Source of the DNA: an uncultured delta proteobacterium
GTDB taxonomy: Bacteria > Myxococcota_A > Polyangia > Polyangiales > Houyiibacteriaceae
Assembly: GCA_963842915.1 (NCBI GenBank)
Contig: CAWJII010000012.1
Span: forward strand, 53,320-117,319
DNA: 64,000 nucleotides
Direction of reading: 5' to 3'
A program made the translations under genes and the position numbers. The first letter of the stretch is position 1. Each line of letters starts with the position of its first letter. Below are positions 52,016 to 62,134 of this stretch, in pieces. The notes under the pieces were generated by a model. It searched no databases and had not been told where the DNA came from. It saw nothing but the letters and a program-made list of their open reading frames with translations.

Positions 52016-52794
52016 CCAGCAAACCCACGTACGTCGGCGGGCACGGCCTGCTCGAAGGCAAGACCGTTCTCGTCACCGCTGCTGCCGGCACAGGCATCGG
52101 GTTCGCAACAGCCATTCGCTGCGCCGAAGAAGGCGCCTCGGGCCTGATGATCAGCGACATCCACGAGCGGCGGCTCGGCGAAGCGGCCGACAAGATCGAA
52201 GCCGAGACCGGGGTTCGGCCCGAAACGATCATCTGCAACGTCACCAAAGAAGACGACGTCCAGGCGATGTTCGAGTTTGCCGTGGAGAAGATGGGGCACG
52301 TCGACGTCCTGATGAACAACGCCGGGCTCGGGGGCTACGCCAAGATTGTCGACATGACCGACGAGCAGTGGAATCTCGTGCTCGACGTCACCCTCAACGG
52401 TTGCTTTCGCTGCACCCGCGCCGCCCTCAAGCACATGATGCCACGCGGACAGGGCGCAATCGTCAACAACGCCTCGGTGCTCGGCTGGCGCGCGCAAGAA
52501 GGGCAATCTCACTACGCCGCTGCGAAGGCGGGCGTCATGGCGCTGACCCGGTGTGCGGCGATCGAAGCCGCCGAAGGCAACGTGCGCATCAACTGCGTCT
52601 CGCCATCCCTCGCCATGCATCCGTTCCTGCAGAAGGTCACCCCGCCGGGCCTGCTCGAAGAGCTCAAGAAGCGCGAAGCGTTCGGCCGTGGCGCCGAGCC
52701 CTGGGAGATTTCAAACGTCATGGTTTTCTTGGCGAGCGACTACAGCTCGTACATGACGGGCGAGGTGCTGTCGGTATCGAGCCAGCGGGCCTGA
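52012..52794 (+). CDS. ipdF: SDR IpdF (Rv3559c)-like
   Basis: GHGLLEGKTVLVTAAAGTGIG, SDIHERRL, NNASVLGWRAQ, YAAAK, AMHPFL, SYMTGEVLSVSSQRA. Confidence 0.83.
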   Translation: MTSKPTYVGGHGLLEGKTVLVTAAAGTGIGFATAIRCAEEGASGLMISDIHERRLGEAADKIEAETGVRPETIICNVTKEDDVQAMFEFAVEKMGHVDVLMNNAGLGGYAKIVDMTDEQWNLVLDVTLNGCFRCTRAALKHMMPRGQGAIVNNASVLGWRAQEGQSHYAAAKAGVMALTRCAAIEAAEGNVRINCVSPSLAMHPFLQKVTPPGLLEELKKREAFGRGAEPWEISNVMVFLASDYSSYMTGEVLSVSSQRA

Positions 52795-52796
52795 AG

Positions 52797-53774
52797 CTAG
52801 GCGGCACTCATCCGAGCCTGCCAGGCGTCGGAATAGCGCAACATGTACCGGCGGATGAGCGGAGAGAACATCCGTGCCAGCGGCCTGGTGAATCGCGATG
52901 CTTTGCGCATTTGTCCGATGAATTCCGCGAAGCTGATGCGCTGGTAGCCCAGGAGCGATTGGCTTTCTTCGGTGTCGAGCCAATCGCAGTAGTAGGCGCC
53001 TCTACCATACGCTTCCGCGGGGAACTGCCCCACCCCGGTGGCGTCAAACATGGCGCCGTAGAACTCGCGGAAGGTCAGTCGACAATTTTCGCCGCCCCCG
53101 ATCATCAGCGTCTTGCAGATCGCCTGCGGGTTTTCGATCGCACGGACCTGTCCCAGTGCGACGTCTTCGGGATGCACCCATTCGAGGCGCGTGTCCGGGT
53201 TGATGCTGAATAGCAGCCGAAAGACATCCGGCGAGAGGTCACCCGCGGCTGCTTTCACACCGACCGACACCCCGATTCGGAAGATGACGTACGGTAGGCC
53301 GGAGTCGCGGAGAAGCTGCTCGCACTCGGCTTTGTTCGCGGTGTAGGTGTCGGTCGCAACGGCCGGATCATCGCCCGTCAGAGGCGGTCCACCGGGGACG
53401 CGTGGGCCGCACACAGACAAGGACGAGGCGAAGACGATCACCGGCGGATGCTCCTTGCGTCTCATCGCATCGAGGATGTTCTTCGTACCGCCCACATTGA
53501 CCGCATAGGCCAGGTCCGGATGGTTCTCAGAGACAGGCGCCAGAACGCCTGCGTTGTGAATGATCGCATCGCAGTCGGCGACGGCAGGGGCGATGTCAGC
53601 CGGCGATCGGATGTCTCCCCATACGATTCGAACCCGGTCGTCAAACTGCCGGGCGGCCCTTTGATTTCGCCGACTCGGCAGGTCGAACGCGATGACCGAA
53701 TGCCCCTCCTTCAAGAGTCGCTCGACTCCCGCCAGCCCAAGCCGGCCAAACGCCCCAGTTACCAACACGCGCAT
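52797..53774 (-). CDS. NAD-dependent epimerase/dehydratase (extended SDR, 3beta-HSD-like)
   Basis: MRVLVTGAFGRLG, IIHNAG, VNVGGT, YTANK. Confidence 0.85.
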   Translation of the reverse strand: MRVLVTGAFGRLGLAGVERLLKEGHSVIAFDLPSRRNQRAARQFDDRVRIVWGDIRSPADIAPAVADCDAIIHNAGVLAPVSENHPDLAYAVNVGGTKNILDAMRRKEHPPVIVFASSLSVCGPRVPGGPPLTGDDPAVATDTYTANKAECEQLLRDSGLPYVIFRIGVSVGVKAAAGDLSPDVFRLLFSINPDTRLEWVHPEDVALGQVRAIENPQAICKTLMIGGGENCRLTFREFYGAMFDATGVGQFPAEAYGRGAYYCDWLDTEESQSLLGYQRISFAEFIGQMRKASRFTRPLARMFSPLIRRYMLRYSDAWQARMSAA

Positions 53775-53811
53775 CCGCGCAGGCTGACCTGCGGCAGCGC
53801 CCGCTTCAAAT

Positions 53812-53825
53812 TGAAACACGTTCTT
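53812..53825. promoter_or_regulatory. KstR-type operator (one mismatch) upstream of LLM-fno-cofEDC
   Basis: TGAAACACGTTCTT; overlaps the -35 of TTGAAA (53811)-N17-TAGGGT (53834). Confidence 0.65.
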
Positions 53826-53895
53826 CTTGCTGATAGGGTCCCACTCCCAGAAAAACCCAGGTTGCCTCCTGTTCGGGGGCCCGAAGGAGTTGCGA

Positions 53896-54939
53896 ATGAA
53901 GCTCGGCCTAACACTTGGATATGCAGGTCCTCAGTTGAACACGACGGTCCAGGATCTCGTGAACATGGAGAAGATCGCTGAGGTCGAGCGACTCGGCTAC
54001 GATTCGATTTGGACGGCGGAGTCCTGGGGCAACGACGCGGTCACACCGCTCGCCTGGGTCGGATCGCAGACCTCGACGATCAAGCTCGGCACGGCGATCA
54101 TGCAGCTCCCCGGTCGCTCACCGGCAAACGCGGCGATGACGGCCATGACCATGGACACGCTTTCGAACGGACGCTTCATCATGGGGCTCGGCACCTCAGG
54201 TCCTCAGGTCGTCGAAGGTTGGCACGGCGTACCCTTCAACAAGTCACTCACCTGGCTCCGGGAGTACGTCACGATCGTGAAGAAGATCTTCGCGCGTGAA
54301 GCGCCGCTCGAGTTCGACGGCGTGCGCTATCAGATCCCATATCGCGGCGAAGGCTCCTCGGGTCAGGGCAAACCGCTCCGAAGCATGATCCGAAGCCGAG
54401 CCGACATTCCGGTCTTCACCGGCTCCATGGCGCCGAAGTCCCAGGCTATGTCCGCCGAAATCGCCGACGGTTGCCTGCTCACCTGCATGCACCCCGGGCG
54501 CCCGGAAGTTCTGATGAAGAACTTCAACGAAGGTTTCGAGAAAGCGGGGAATGCAAAGGGGGTCGAGAGCTTCGACATCGCTCCTACGGTTGTGGTCATC
54601 ATCGGTGACCCGCAGTACGCGATGACGCCTTGCAAGATGCAGCTCGCGCTCTACATCGGTGGCATGGGCTCGAAGAAGAAGAACTTCTACAAGGACTATC
54701 TGAGCCTGGTCGGCTTCGAAGAGGCCTGCGAGAAAGTTCAAACGCTCTTCCTCGACGGCAAGCGCAATGAGGCCATCGCCGCTGTGCCCGACGAAATGGT
54801 TGACGCGCTCTACCTGGTAGGCTCTAAAGATCGCATTCGCGACCGGTTCCAGCGTTGGAAGGATTCGCCCGTCGGAACTCTGATGGTCGGTTCGCAGGAC
54901 ATGGACACGCTCCGCTTCGTGGCCGAGCTCAACTCGTGA
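53896..54939 (+). CDS. LLM-class F420-dependent oxidoreductase (Rv3520c-like)
   Basis: MKLGLTLGY, WTAESWG, IKLGTAIMQ, GLGTSGPQVVEGWHG, ALYIGGMG..KNFY. Confidence 0.88.
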   Translation: MKLGLTLGYAGPQLNTTVQDLVNMEKIAEVERLGYDSIWTAESWGNDAVTPLAWVGSQTSTIKLGTAIMQLPGRSPANAAMTAMTMDTLSNGRFIMGLGTSGPQVVEGWHGVPFNKSLTWLREYVTIVKKIFAREAPLEFDGVRYQIPYRGEGSSGQGKPLRSMIRSRADIPVFTGSMAPKSQAMSAEIADGCLLTCMHPGRPEVLMKNFNEGFEKAGNAKGVESFDIAPTVVVIIGDPQYAMTPCKMQLALYIGGMGSKKKNFYKDYLSLVGFEEACEKVQTLFLDGKRNEAIAAVPDEMVDALYLVGSKDRIRDRFQRWKDSPVGTLMVGSQDMDTLRFVAELNS

Positions 54940-54946
54940 GGCAACA

Positions 54947-55603
54947 ATGAGGATTGGAATCGTAGGAGGCACCGGTCGCGAGGGGCGGGGCTTGGCCGTT
55001 CGTTGGGCGAAGGCCGGACACGAGGTGTTCATCGGATCTCGGCAGGCCGAAAAGGGACTGGCGAAGGCAGCCGAGTTCTCGGAGGAATTCGGAGTCAGCA
55101 TCCGGGGTGCCGACAACCTGAGCGCCTGTGAGCACGCCGAGCTGATCATCGTGACGGTTCCGTATGGCGCGCATCGCGCGACATTCGAGTCGATTAAAGA
55201 CGCGGTAGGCGACAAGGTGATCGTAGACATCACGGTACCGTTGCAGCCGCCCAAGGTTCGTTCTGTGAATCTGCCCGAAGGGCAATCAGCTGCTTTGGAA
55301 GCGCGCGCACTGCTCAACGAGGGCTCGCGTCTCGTCGCGGCTCTCCACCACATCAGCTCGGAGCACCTCAGCGACCCGAAGCACACCTTTGACTGCGACG
55401 TCTTGGTCTGTGGCGACGACAAGGAGGCCCGCGCCGCCGTGATCTCACTGGTCTCGGACCTGGGACTTCGCGGCATCGACGCTGGCGTCTTGAAGAACGC
55501 GATTGCCCTGGAGTCGATCACGCCGGTTCTTCTGCACATCAATCGCCGATACAAGAGCGTGGGCTCCGGCATTCGCATCACGGGCATCCCGGAGACGGAA
55601 TGA
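54947..55603 (+). CDS. npdG: NADPH-dependent F420 reductase (Fno/NpdG)
   Basis: MRIGIVGGTGREG, IGSR, VTVPY, DITVPL, CDVLVCGDD, LESITPVL, GIRITG. Confidence 0.92.
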   Translation: MRIGIVGGTGREGRGLAVRWAKAGHEVFIGSRQAEKGLAKAAEFSEEFGVSIRGADNLSACEHAELIIVTVPYGAHRATFESIKDAVGDKVIVDITVPLQPPKVRSVNLPEGQSAALEARALLNEGSRLVAALHHISSEHLSDPKHTFDCDVLVCGDDKEARAAVISLVSDLGLRGIDAGVLKNAIALESITPVLLHINRRYKSVGSGIRITGIPETE

Positions 55604-56415
55604 GCCTCGGCGAGCCAAGTTCGGTCGACATGCACGTCGGCTCGGAGCTCTTGGTTCGCGCGATCGCCGGTGTGCCGACGATCGATGTGGGAGATGACCT
55701 CTTCGAGCTGATCGTTTCGAGCCTCAGCCGCTCCGACATCGAGCTTGCCGACGGCGACGTGCTCGTCCTCGCGAGCAAAATCGTCTCGCGCGCGGAAGGC
55801 TGTTTCGTCGACTTGGGAACAATCGAGCCAGGCGAAAAGGCCGACAAGCTCGCCATAGAGCTCGAGAAGGACCCGCGTCTGGTGGAGCTGATTCTCCGGG
55901 AGAGCGTCGGGATTTCTCGGAAGACCAGTGGCGCGCTGATCGTCCGGCACAGACTGGGCTTCATTTCGGCGAACGCAGGCATCGACGCAAGCAATGCGAC
56001 GCCCGGGAGCATCCCCGCAGGCACGGGCCCCTGGGTGCTCACCTTGCCCCATGATCCGGACGCTAGCGCCGCGGCGCTTCGAGCAAAGCTCTGTGAGCAC
56101 TACTCGGCCGAGGTCGCAGTTCTCATCACAGACTCTTGGGGACGTCCATTTCGACGTGGCACCGTGGGCTTTGCACTGGGCATGGCAGGACTGCCTGCCA
56201 TTTGGGATCGTCGCGGCGCGATCGACCGCCATGGCCGGGTGCTCGAAGCTACCGAATCTGCGGTCGCCGATTCCATCGCGGCAGCCGCCGACCTCGTGGC
56301 CGGACAAGCCAACGAAGGGCGTCCCGTGACTCTGGTACGTGGCCTTCAGTTCAAAGCGTCGCACGATTCGGCGGCGGTCTTGCTTCGCGATCCCGAAAAC
56401 GACTTGTACGCATGA
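55600..56415 (+). CDS. cofE: Coenzyme F420-0:L-glutamate ligase (stand-alone, no nitroreductase domain)
   Basis: [53 protein letters not shown]. Confidence 0.93.
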   Translation: MSLGEPSSVDMHVGSELLVRAIAGVPTIDVGDDLFELIVSSLSRSDIELADGDVLVLASKIVSRAEGCFVDLGTIEPGEKADKLAIELEKDPRLVELILRESVGISRKTSGALIVRHRLGFISANAGIDASNATPGSIPAGTGPWVLTLPHDPDASAAALRAKLCEHYSAEVAVLITDSWGRPFRRGTVGFALGMAGLPAIWDRRGAIDRHGRVLEATESAVADSIAAAADLVAGQANEGRPVTLVRGLQFKASHDSAAVLLRDPENDLYA

Positions 56416-57347
56416 GCGCCGCGTCCGAGAAGAAGCTCTTGGTCGTCGCGCTAGCGGGCGGCGTGGGCGGAGCCCGTCTCGTGGACGGACTCGATTCCGT
56501 ACTCCCTCCGGGCTCGCTCACGGCGGTGGTAAACACCGGTGACGACTTTCAGCACTGGGGCCTGCACATCAGCCCCGACCTCGACACCGTGATGTACACG
56601 CTCGCGGGCCTTTCTCCCGAGGATCGCGGCTGGGGCATCGAGGGCGACAGCTTCCAGGTTCTCGCGGAGGCCAGGCGCCGGGGAGTTGACGACTGGTTCC
56701 AGCTCGGCGACCGCGACCTGCTCACCCACCTGTCGCGCTCCGCCGCGTTAGCCCGGGGCGATTCTCTTACTCAGGCAACCGCGGAACTCTGTAGCGCGCT
56801 CGGCGTAGAGCGGCCGATCCTGCCCATGAGCGACGGGCCCTGCCCAACGAGCATCCTGACCAGAGACGGCGCCGATCTCGCATTCCAGGACTGGCTGGTG
56901 AAGGCGCGAGCCGTGCCCGCGGTGAGCCGAGTTCGTCACGGAGGAAGCGCTCGGGCGACGCGGTCCGCCCTCGACGCTCTGAGCGCTGCCGACCTCGTCC
57001 TGATTTGCCCTTCGAACCCCTACGTGTCGATCAATCCAATCCTGCGTCTGCCGGGCGTATCTGAAGCCGTGCGGCGCTCGATGACGATCGCGGTGAGCCC
57101 GATTCTCAACAGCAAGGCGGTGAAGGGGCCGCTCGCCACGATGATCTCGGAAATCGAAGGCCACAGCCCATCGGCCGCGGCGGTCGCCATGCAATACGAG
57201 GGTTTGCTGGATGGCTACGCGGTTCATCTGGGCGACTCCTTTGGAGCCAACTATCCAATTCTCGAAACGAACATCCTGATTCAAACGAAAGCAGATCGGC
57301 TGCGCTTCGCTGGCGAGCTGCTCGAGTTCGCACGGAGCCTGACATGA
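56412..57347 (+). CDS. cofD: 2-phospho-L-lactate transferase
   Basis: [51 protein letters not shown]. Confidence 0.94.
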   Translation: MSAASEKKLLVVALAGGVGGARLVDGLDSVLPPGSLTAVVNTGDDFQHWGLHISPDLDTVMYTLAGLSPEDRGWGIEGDSFQVLAEARRRGVDDWFQLGDRDLLTHLSRSAALARGDSLTQATAELCSALGVERPILPMSDGPCPTSILTRDGADLAFQDWLVKARAVPAVSRVRHGGSARATRSALDALSAADLVLICPSNPYVSINPILRLPGVSEAVRRSMTIAVSPILNSKAVKGPLATMISEIEGHSPSAAAVAMQYEGLLDGYAVHLGDSFGANYPILETNILIQTKADRLRFAGELLEFARSLT

Positions 57348-57940
57348 GCCGCTGGGCATTGATCCCCGTCAAGGGCTTCGATCGTGGGAAGTCGAGGCTC
57401 TCGGAAGTTCTGCCTCCGGTCGAACGGGCTGCCTTGGCGCGCTCATTGTTCGAACACGTCGTGCAGGTCCTTCGGGAGTCTCCGGACATCGACGACATCG
57501 CAGCGGTGAGCGACTCGGCAGAAGCCCGTGCGCACGCCGAAGGTCTGGGCGTGTTGGCGCTCGCGGACGCGGAGCACAGCCCAGGCCTGGCTGAGGTCGT
57601 CGATGGCGCCCTCCGCGACTTGGAGCAGCGTGGCGCCGTCAGCGTGCTGATCTGCATGAGCGACCTACCGAATCTGGCCATGCAGGACATCGCCGCCGTC
57701 GCGCGGCAACTCGAGGAAAGCGACGTCGTGCTCGTGCCCGATCTCGCGAAGCAAGGCACCAACCTCATCGCGGTGAAGCCAGCCACCGGACTTCCGAGCT
57801 GCCTCGGACACGAGGACAGCCTGCAACGTCATCAGGCGCGCGCTTGTGAGCTCGGGTTGAGCGTCAGCATCCAGCTTAGTAGCGGCATCGGATTCGACGT
57901 CGATGGCCCCGGCGACCTCGATCGATTGCGCGAGCGCTAG
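57344..57940 (+). CDS. cofC: 2-phospho-L-lactate/PEP guanylyltransferase
   Basis: WALIPVK, GKSRL, MSDLP, GTN, FDVDGPGDL. Confidence 0.9.
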   Translation: MSRWALIPVKGFDRGKSRLSEVLPPVERAALARSLFEHVVQVLRESPDIDDIAAVSDSAEARAHAEGLGVLALADAEHSPGLAEVVDGALRDLEQRGAVSVLICMSDLPNLAMQDIAAVARQLEESDVVLVPDLAKQGTNLIAVKPATGLPSCLGHEDSLQRHQARACELGLSVSIQLSSGIGFDVDGPGDLDRLRER

Positions 57941-58746
57941 TGCCCCGCGGAGAGACGGTCCATGAGCAGGCCCAGGAAGCGTGCGGCAAGTCGACGCGGC
58001 AGCAGTCTGATCGTCAGGACCATGAGCTTGTTGAGCAAGCCGGGAACGACCGTCACCCGCCCGCCCAAGGTCTGCAAGCTCGTGGCGACGACCGAAGCAG
58101 GACTGGCGAATATCAGGCGCGCCAATGGTCCGAAGTTCCGAGGATCGAGGCCGGCGACCTGCTGGAACTCGGTCGTGGTCCCTCCAGGACAAAGCGCCTG
58201 CACGTCGACGCCGTAGGGTCGGAGCTCTTCGGCGAGACCTTCGGCGAAGAGCAGATCGTACGACTTTGTCGCGTTGTAGTTGGCCATGCCGCCTGCTCCG
58301 GAGAACGCGTTGACTGAGGAGACGAAGATGACGCCACCTCTACCCCGTTCGCGCATTCCCTGAGCGATTTCGTGCGTCAGGAGCATTGGAGCGCGGCAAT
58401 TCAGGTTGAGCATCGACTCCTGAACGCTCGGGTCCATGTCGAGGAAGGGCCCGCTCGAACCGAAGCCCGCGCAATTGATCAGCAAGCCGACCTCGATGTT
58501 AGCAAGCGCCGGTCGCAACACCTCGACGATGTCGCGCGACGCGAGGTCAGCGGGAGCCACTCGCACCTCGACCTGGCACATGTCTTCGATGGTCGAGGCG
58601 AGCGCTTCGAGACGGTTACGGCGGCGCGCCACGAGCACGACGTTGATGCCGTGATCGGCAACGCGGCGCGCGAACTGCGCTCCAATTCCCGCGGAAGCGC
58701 CGGTAATGACGGCCCATGGTCCGTACCGCTCGGCAAGCTGGCTCAT
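57937..58746 (-). CDS. SDR family oxidoreductase (17beta-HSD/KAR-like)
   Basis: RYGPWAVITGASAGIG, LVARR, YNATK, LCPGGT. Confidence 0.88.
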   Translation of the reverse strand: MSQLAERYGPWAVITGASAGIGAQFARRVADHGINVVLVARRRNRLEALASTIEDMCQVEVRVAPADLASRDIVEVLRPALANIEVGLLINCAGFGSSGPFLDMDPSVQESMLNLNCRAPMLLTHEIAQGMRERGRGGVIFVSSVNAFSGAGGMANYNATKSYDLLFAEGLAEELRPYGVDVQALCPGGTTTEFQQVAGLDPRNFGPLARLIFASPASVVATSLQTLGGRVTVVPGLLNKLMVLTIRLLPRRLAARFLGLLMDRLSAGH

Positions 58747-58786
58747 AGCCGGGCAGCGTATCACGCGACGCCGTGGCGGACAGCCT

Positions 58787-60064
58787 CTAGCTGACGACGC
58801 GCAGGCCGCGGGGCTCGTAGTGAAAGCGCGGTTCCCGGGTGAGCGCATCGTAGGAGCCAAAGACCGAATCGGGGTCCTGAATCGCATCGAGTGGCTCGCT
58901 CGGGTCCTGATCAAATGTATCCCCGAATTCGCGAATCACACCGTAGCTGGTGTCGCGCTGCACCGGCACCCTCCCCGAGTCTCGAATGACTCGGCGCAAG
59001 GTCGCGGGCGTCATCAGCTGTCCGTTCCGAGCCCCGGCAGCAGTCGAGATGCTCTCGTTCATCAGAGTCCCGCCGAGATCATTGACACCACAACTCAGTA
59101 GCAGCTGCGAAGTGCGAAGGCCTTCTTTGACCCAGGATGCCTGGAGGTTGGGGATGTCCCGGCCGAGCATGAGGCGGGCCGTCGCATAGAGGCGTAAGAC
59201 CTCGTCACCGGTCGGCCCCGGTCGGACGCCGGCGACCTCGCTTGCCGCGAAGAGCGGGGCTTCCTCGTGCACGAAAGACAGAGGAACGAACTCGGTGAAG
59301 CCTCCGGTCTCCCGCTGGACTCTGCGCAGCAAGTCCATGTGCCGCATCCGATCCTCTACCGTCTCGACGTGACCGAACATCATCGTCGAGCTGGTTCGAA
59401 TTCCGAGGTGATGGGCGGAGGTAACCACGTCCAGCCATTCGCTGGTCGCGATCCGGGTCGGTGAAATCGTCTTGCGCAGACGGTCGTCGAGGATCTCGGC
59501 CGAGGTGCCGGGAAGCGTACCGAGGCCGGCATCCGCGAGCTCGGCCAAGTACTCCGAGTACGACACTCGCTTGAGCGAAGCGCCGAACTTCACCTCTTCT
59601 GGAGAGAAGGCGTGGATGTGAATCTCAGGCGCGGCTTCCTTCACGACACGGCACAGCTCGATGTAGCTGTCTCCATCGAGATTCGGCGAAAGCCCGGCCT
59701 GCAAGCAAACCTCCGTGGCGCCCATCTCCCAGGCCTGACGCACACGCCGTGCAACCTCTTCCTGAGGAAGGAAGTAGCCCTGCTCCGAGCGCACCGTGCG
59801 CGCAAACGCGCAGAACTTGCAGTTCTTGATGCAGACGTTGGTGAAGTTGATGTTGCGGTTGACCACATAGGTGACGCGATCACCCCGCTGCTGCCGGCGA
59901 AGCTCGTCGGCAACCATGCACAAGGCTTGGAGGTCGCGGCCACGTGCCTCGTTCAAGGCGACGCCGTCGTGAATGCTGAGCTCTTCGCCGTCGAGGCTTC
60001 GTTCGAGGATCGCGCGAATGTCGCGCGTGACTGCTTGCAAGCAGGTTTCGAGAGCGGTCGTCAT
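58787..60064 (-). CDS. cofH: FO synthase subunit 2 (radical SAM)
   Basis: NRNINFTNVCIKNCKFC, TEVCLQAG, PGTSAEILDD, FTEFVPLSFVH, QASWVK, NDLGGTLMNESIS. Confidence 0.93.
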   Translation of the reverse strand: MTTALETCLQAVTRDIRAILERSLDGEELSIHDGVALNEARGRDLQALCMVADELRRQQRGDRVTYVVNRNINFTNVCIKNCKFCAFARTVRSEQGYFLPQEEVARRVRQAWEMGATEVCLQAGLSPNLDGDSYIELCRVVKEAAPEIHIHAFSPEEVKFGASLKRVSYSEYLAELADAGLGTLPGTSAEILDDRLRKTISPTRIATSEWLDVVTSAHHLGIRTSSTMMFGHVETVEDRMRHMDLLRRVQRETGGFTEFVPLSFVHEEAPLFAASEVAGVRPGPTGDEVLRLYATARLMLGRDIPNLQASWVKEGLRTSQLLLSCGVNDLGGTLMNESISTAAGARNGQLMTPATLRRVIRDSGRVPVQRDTSYGVIREFGDTFDQDPSEPLDAIQDPDSVFGSYDALTREPRFHYEPRGLRVVS

Positions 60065-61203
60065 GTCGTAGCAAGCTCCTGCTCAAGCAGAACGATGCGG
60101 GGGCGCAGAGACGCGTCGACGAAGCCCGGCGCATCGAGGTGAGTGGGATATACCGGCAGTCGCGCTTCGAGTCGAAACCCTTCGGATTCGCAGGCCTCGC
60201 GGAGGCGTTCTAGGTAGGGCCAGGGGTGCTGCGGGTTGATGTAGTCCGGGCTGACCGGTGAAATGCCACCAAAGTCGTTGATGCCCGCGTGAATCAAGGT
60301 CGCAGTCGAGGCCGGATTGAGGTTCGGTGGCGCCTGGACGCTGACGTCGTCGTCGAGGATGAGCCTGGCCAAGGCGACCGTGGCAGCGAGCTCCTCGGAA
60401 CTGGGTTCGCCCGCGAGTCCCATCGCTGTGCTGGGATGCGAGCGGAAATTTTGGACGATGACTTCACCGATGTGACCGTGATCTCGGTGCAGGCGCCGAA
60501 TCGCGAGAATCGTGTCAACGCGCTCTTCGACGGTTTCCCCGATTCCGATCAGCAGCCCCGAAGTGAACGGGATTTGAAGCTCGCCCGCTTCCCGGGTCAT
60601 TTGAATCCGTTTGGCCGGTCGTTTGTCGGGGGCGCGGTGGTGCGGCATGCCCTTGTCGCAGAGACGCTCGCTGACGTTCTCGAGCATCAACCCGAGGCTC
60701 ACGTTCACGGGTCGCAAGGCGATCATGTCGTCGCGAGAGAGAATCCCGGCGTTGGTATGCGGAAGGAGCCCGGCGGCGAGCGCTTCCTGGGCGGCCCATC
60801 GAAGGTAGTCGACCGTCCGCTGGTGACCCCAGGAACGCAGCAAGGCGCGATATTCACGAAAGCCAGTCTCGGGCGTGTCGCCGAGGCAGAACAGCGCCTC
60901 GATGCAGCCCTGATCGCGCGCTCGGTGGAGCCAAACGCGAATCTCGTCGGGGCTCATCGTCCATTCGCCGGCGTCGCCGGGCGAGCGACGGAACGAGCAG
61001 TAGTCGCATTGGTTCCTGCAGAGGTTGGTGATCGGCAGAAACACCTTGGGCGAGTAGGTCAGTGTCTTGCCCCAGGCTCTATCCCGCCGCACTCGAGCCG
61101 CCTGGCAAAGGCTGGCAGTGTCGAGCTCGCTCAGTCGGTAGGCATCCTGCTCACCGACCGGTCCGAGCCTTGCACCGTCCAGAATTGTCGGCATCGAGCT
61201 CAT
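60061..61203 (-). CDS. cofG: FO synthase subunit 1 (radical SAM)
   Basis: TYSPKVFLPITNLCRNQCDYC, LPHTNAG, SLGLMLE, PFTSGLLIGIGE, EVIVQNF, QAPPNL, DYINPQHPWP. Confidence 0.93.
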   Translation of the reverse strand: MSSMPTILDGARLGPVGEQDAYRLSELDTASLCQAARVRRDRAWGKTLTYSPKVFLPITNLCRNQCDYCSFRRSPGDAGEWTMSPDEIRVWLHRARDQGCIEALFCLGDTPETGFREYRALLRSWGHQRTVDYLRWAAQEALAAGLLPHTNAGILSRDDMIALRPVNVSLGLMLENVSERLCDKGMPHHRAPDKRPAKRIQMTREAGELQIPFTSGLLIGIGETVEERVDTILAIRRLHRDHGHIGEVIVQNFRSHPSTAMGLAGEPSSEELAATVALARLILDDDVSVQAPPNLNPASTATLIHAGINDFGGISPVSPDYINPQHPWPYLERLREACESEGFRLEARLPVYPTHLDAPGFVDASLRPRIVLLEQELATT

Positions 61204-62075
61204 TGCATCTTTGCGATGACCGTGTCCGCGAATCGGTTCAGTCCATCAATGCGCCCCTGCAAGTCGCCGCCCACCATGGGAGTCCCGTACATGAGCCAGG
61301 GAACGGTGATGATGTCCGTCACACCTGCATCTTCGAGGCTCTTGAAGCCATCGGCGTTCCAGACGTCGGTGACCACCGCCTGGTACTCCATCGGCAAATG
61401 ATCGCGGCCGTACTCTTTGCGAAAGGCTTCGATTTGGCCGATCAGCTCGAGCAGCTTCTTTGAGGGAAGCATCGCTGAGGACCAGCCGTCACCATATTTC
61501 GCGGCTCGCCGAAGCCCGGGCCTGGTGTGGCCCCCGATGTAAATCGGGATCGGCTTGCTCGGCACCGGGCTCATCTGAATCTTACCGAAGTCGTAGTGCT
61601 CGCCATGGTATTCGACCATGCCGCCGCCCCAGATCAGTCGAAGGATCTCGAGGCACTCGTTCATGCGCTTGCCGCGCGTGTCGAAGTCGGTACCACACCA
61701 CTTGAATTCCTCGGGCAACCAGCCGAGTCCGCAGCCGAAGCCAAAGCGGTTGTTTGATAGTGCCGCCAAGGAAGCGACCTGTTTTGCAACCAAGACCGGG
61801 TGACGCACGGGCAGCTTCACGACGCTGGTGTAGAAGAAAATCGACTTGGTGGCGCCTGCCATGGCGGCCGCGCCCACGATGGGCTCGATCCAAGGCGTCT
61901 CGCCATCCCACATGCGGCTACCATCTTGAGTGTACGGGTACGGCTTGCTGACTTCTTCGGAGAAGAAGATCGAGTCCGGTAGGACGATGGCGTGATAGCC
62001 GAGTTTCTCCGCCTCCTGAGCGACCGGGATATAGTGCTCGGGCGGCGCCATGGCGATGGACGCAGAGAATTTCAT
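61200..62075 (-). CDS. LLM-class F420-dependent oxidoreductase (Rv2161c/TIGR03619-like)
   Basis: YPYTQDG, VKLPVRHPVLVAKQ, GLGWLPEEF, IPIYIGG, RAAKYGDGW; ATGA overlap with cofG. Confidence 0.87.
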   Translation of the reverse strand: MKFSASIAMAPPEHYIPVAQEAEKLGYHAIVLPDSIFFSEEVSKPYPYTQDGSRMWDGETPWIEPIVGAAAMAGATKSIFFYTSVVKLPVRHPVLVAKQVASLAALSNNRFGFGCGLGWLPEEFKWCGTDFDTRGKRMNECLEILRLIWGGGMVEYHGEHYDFGKIQMSPVPSKPIPIYIGGHTRPGLRRAAKYGDGWSSAMLPSKKLLELIGQIEAFRKEYGRDHLPMEYQAVVTDVWNADGFKSLEDAGVTDIITVPWLMYGTPMVGGDLQGRIDGLNRFADTVIAKMQ

Positions 62076-62134
62076 CGGCCGGACCTTAGCATAGCGGAGC
62101 CCCTGGCAAAGCCGCGATCAAGCGCGCATGCGGC

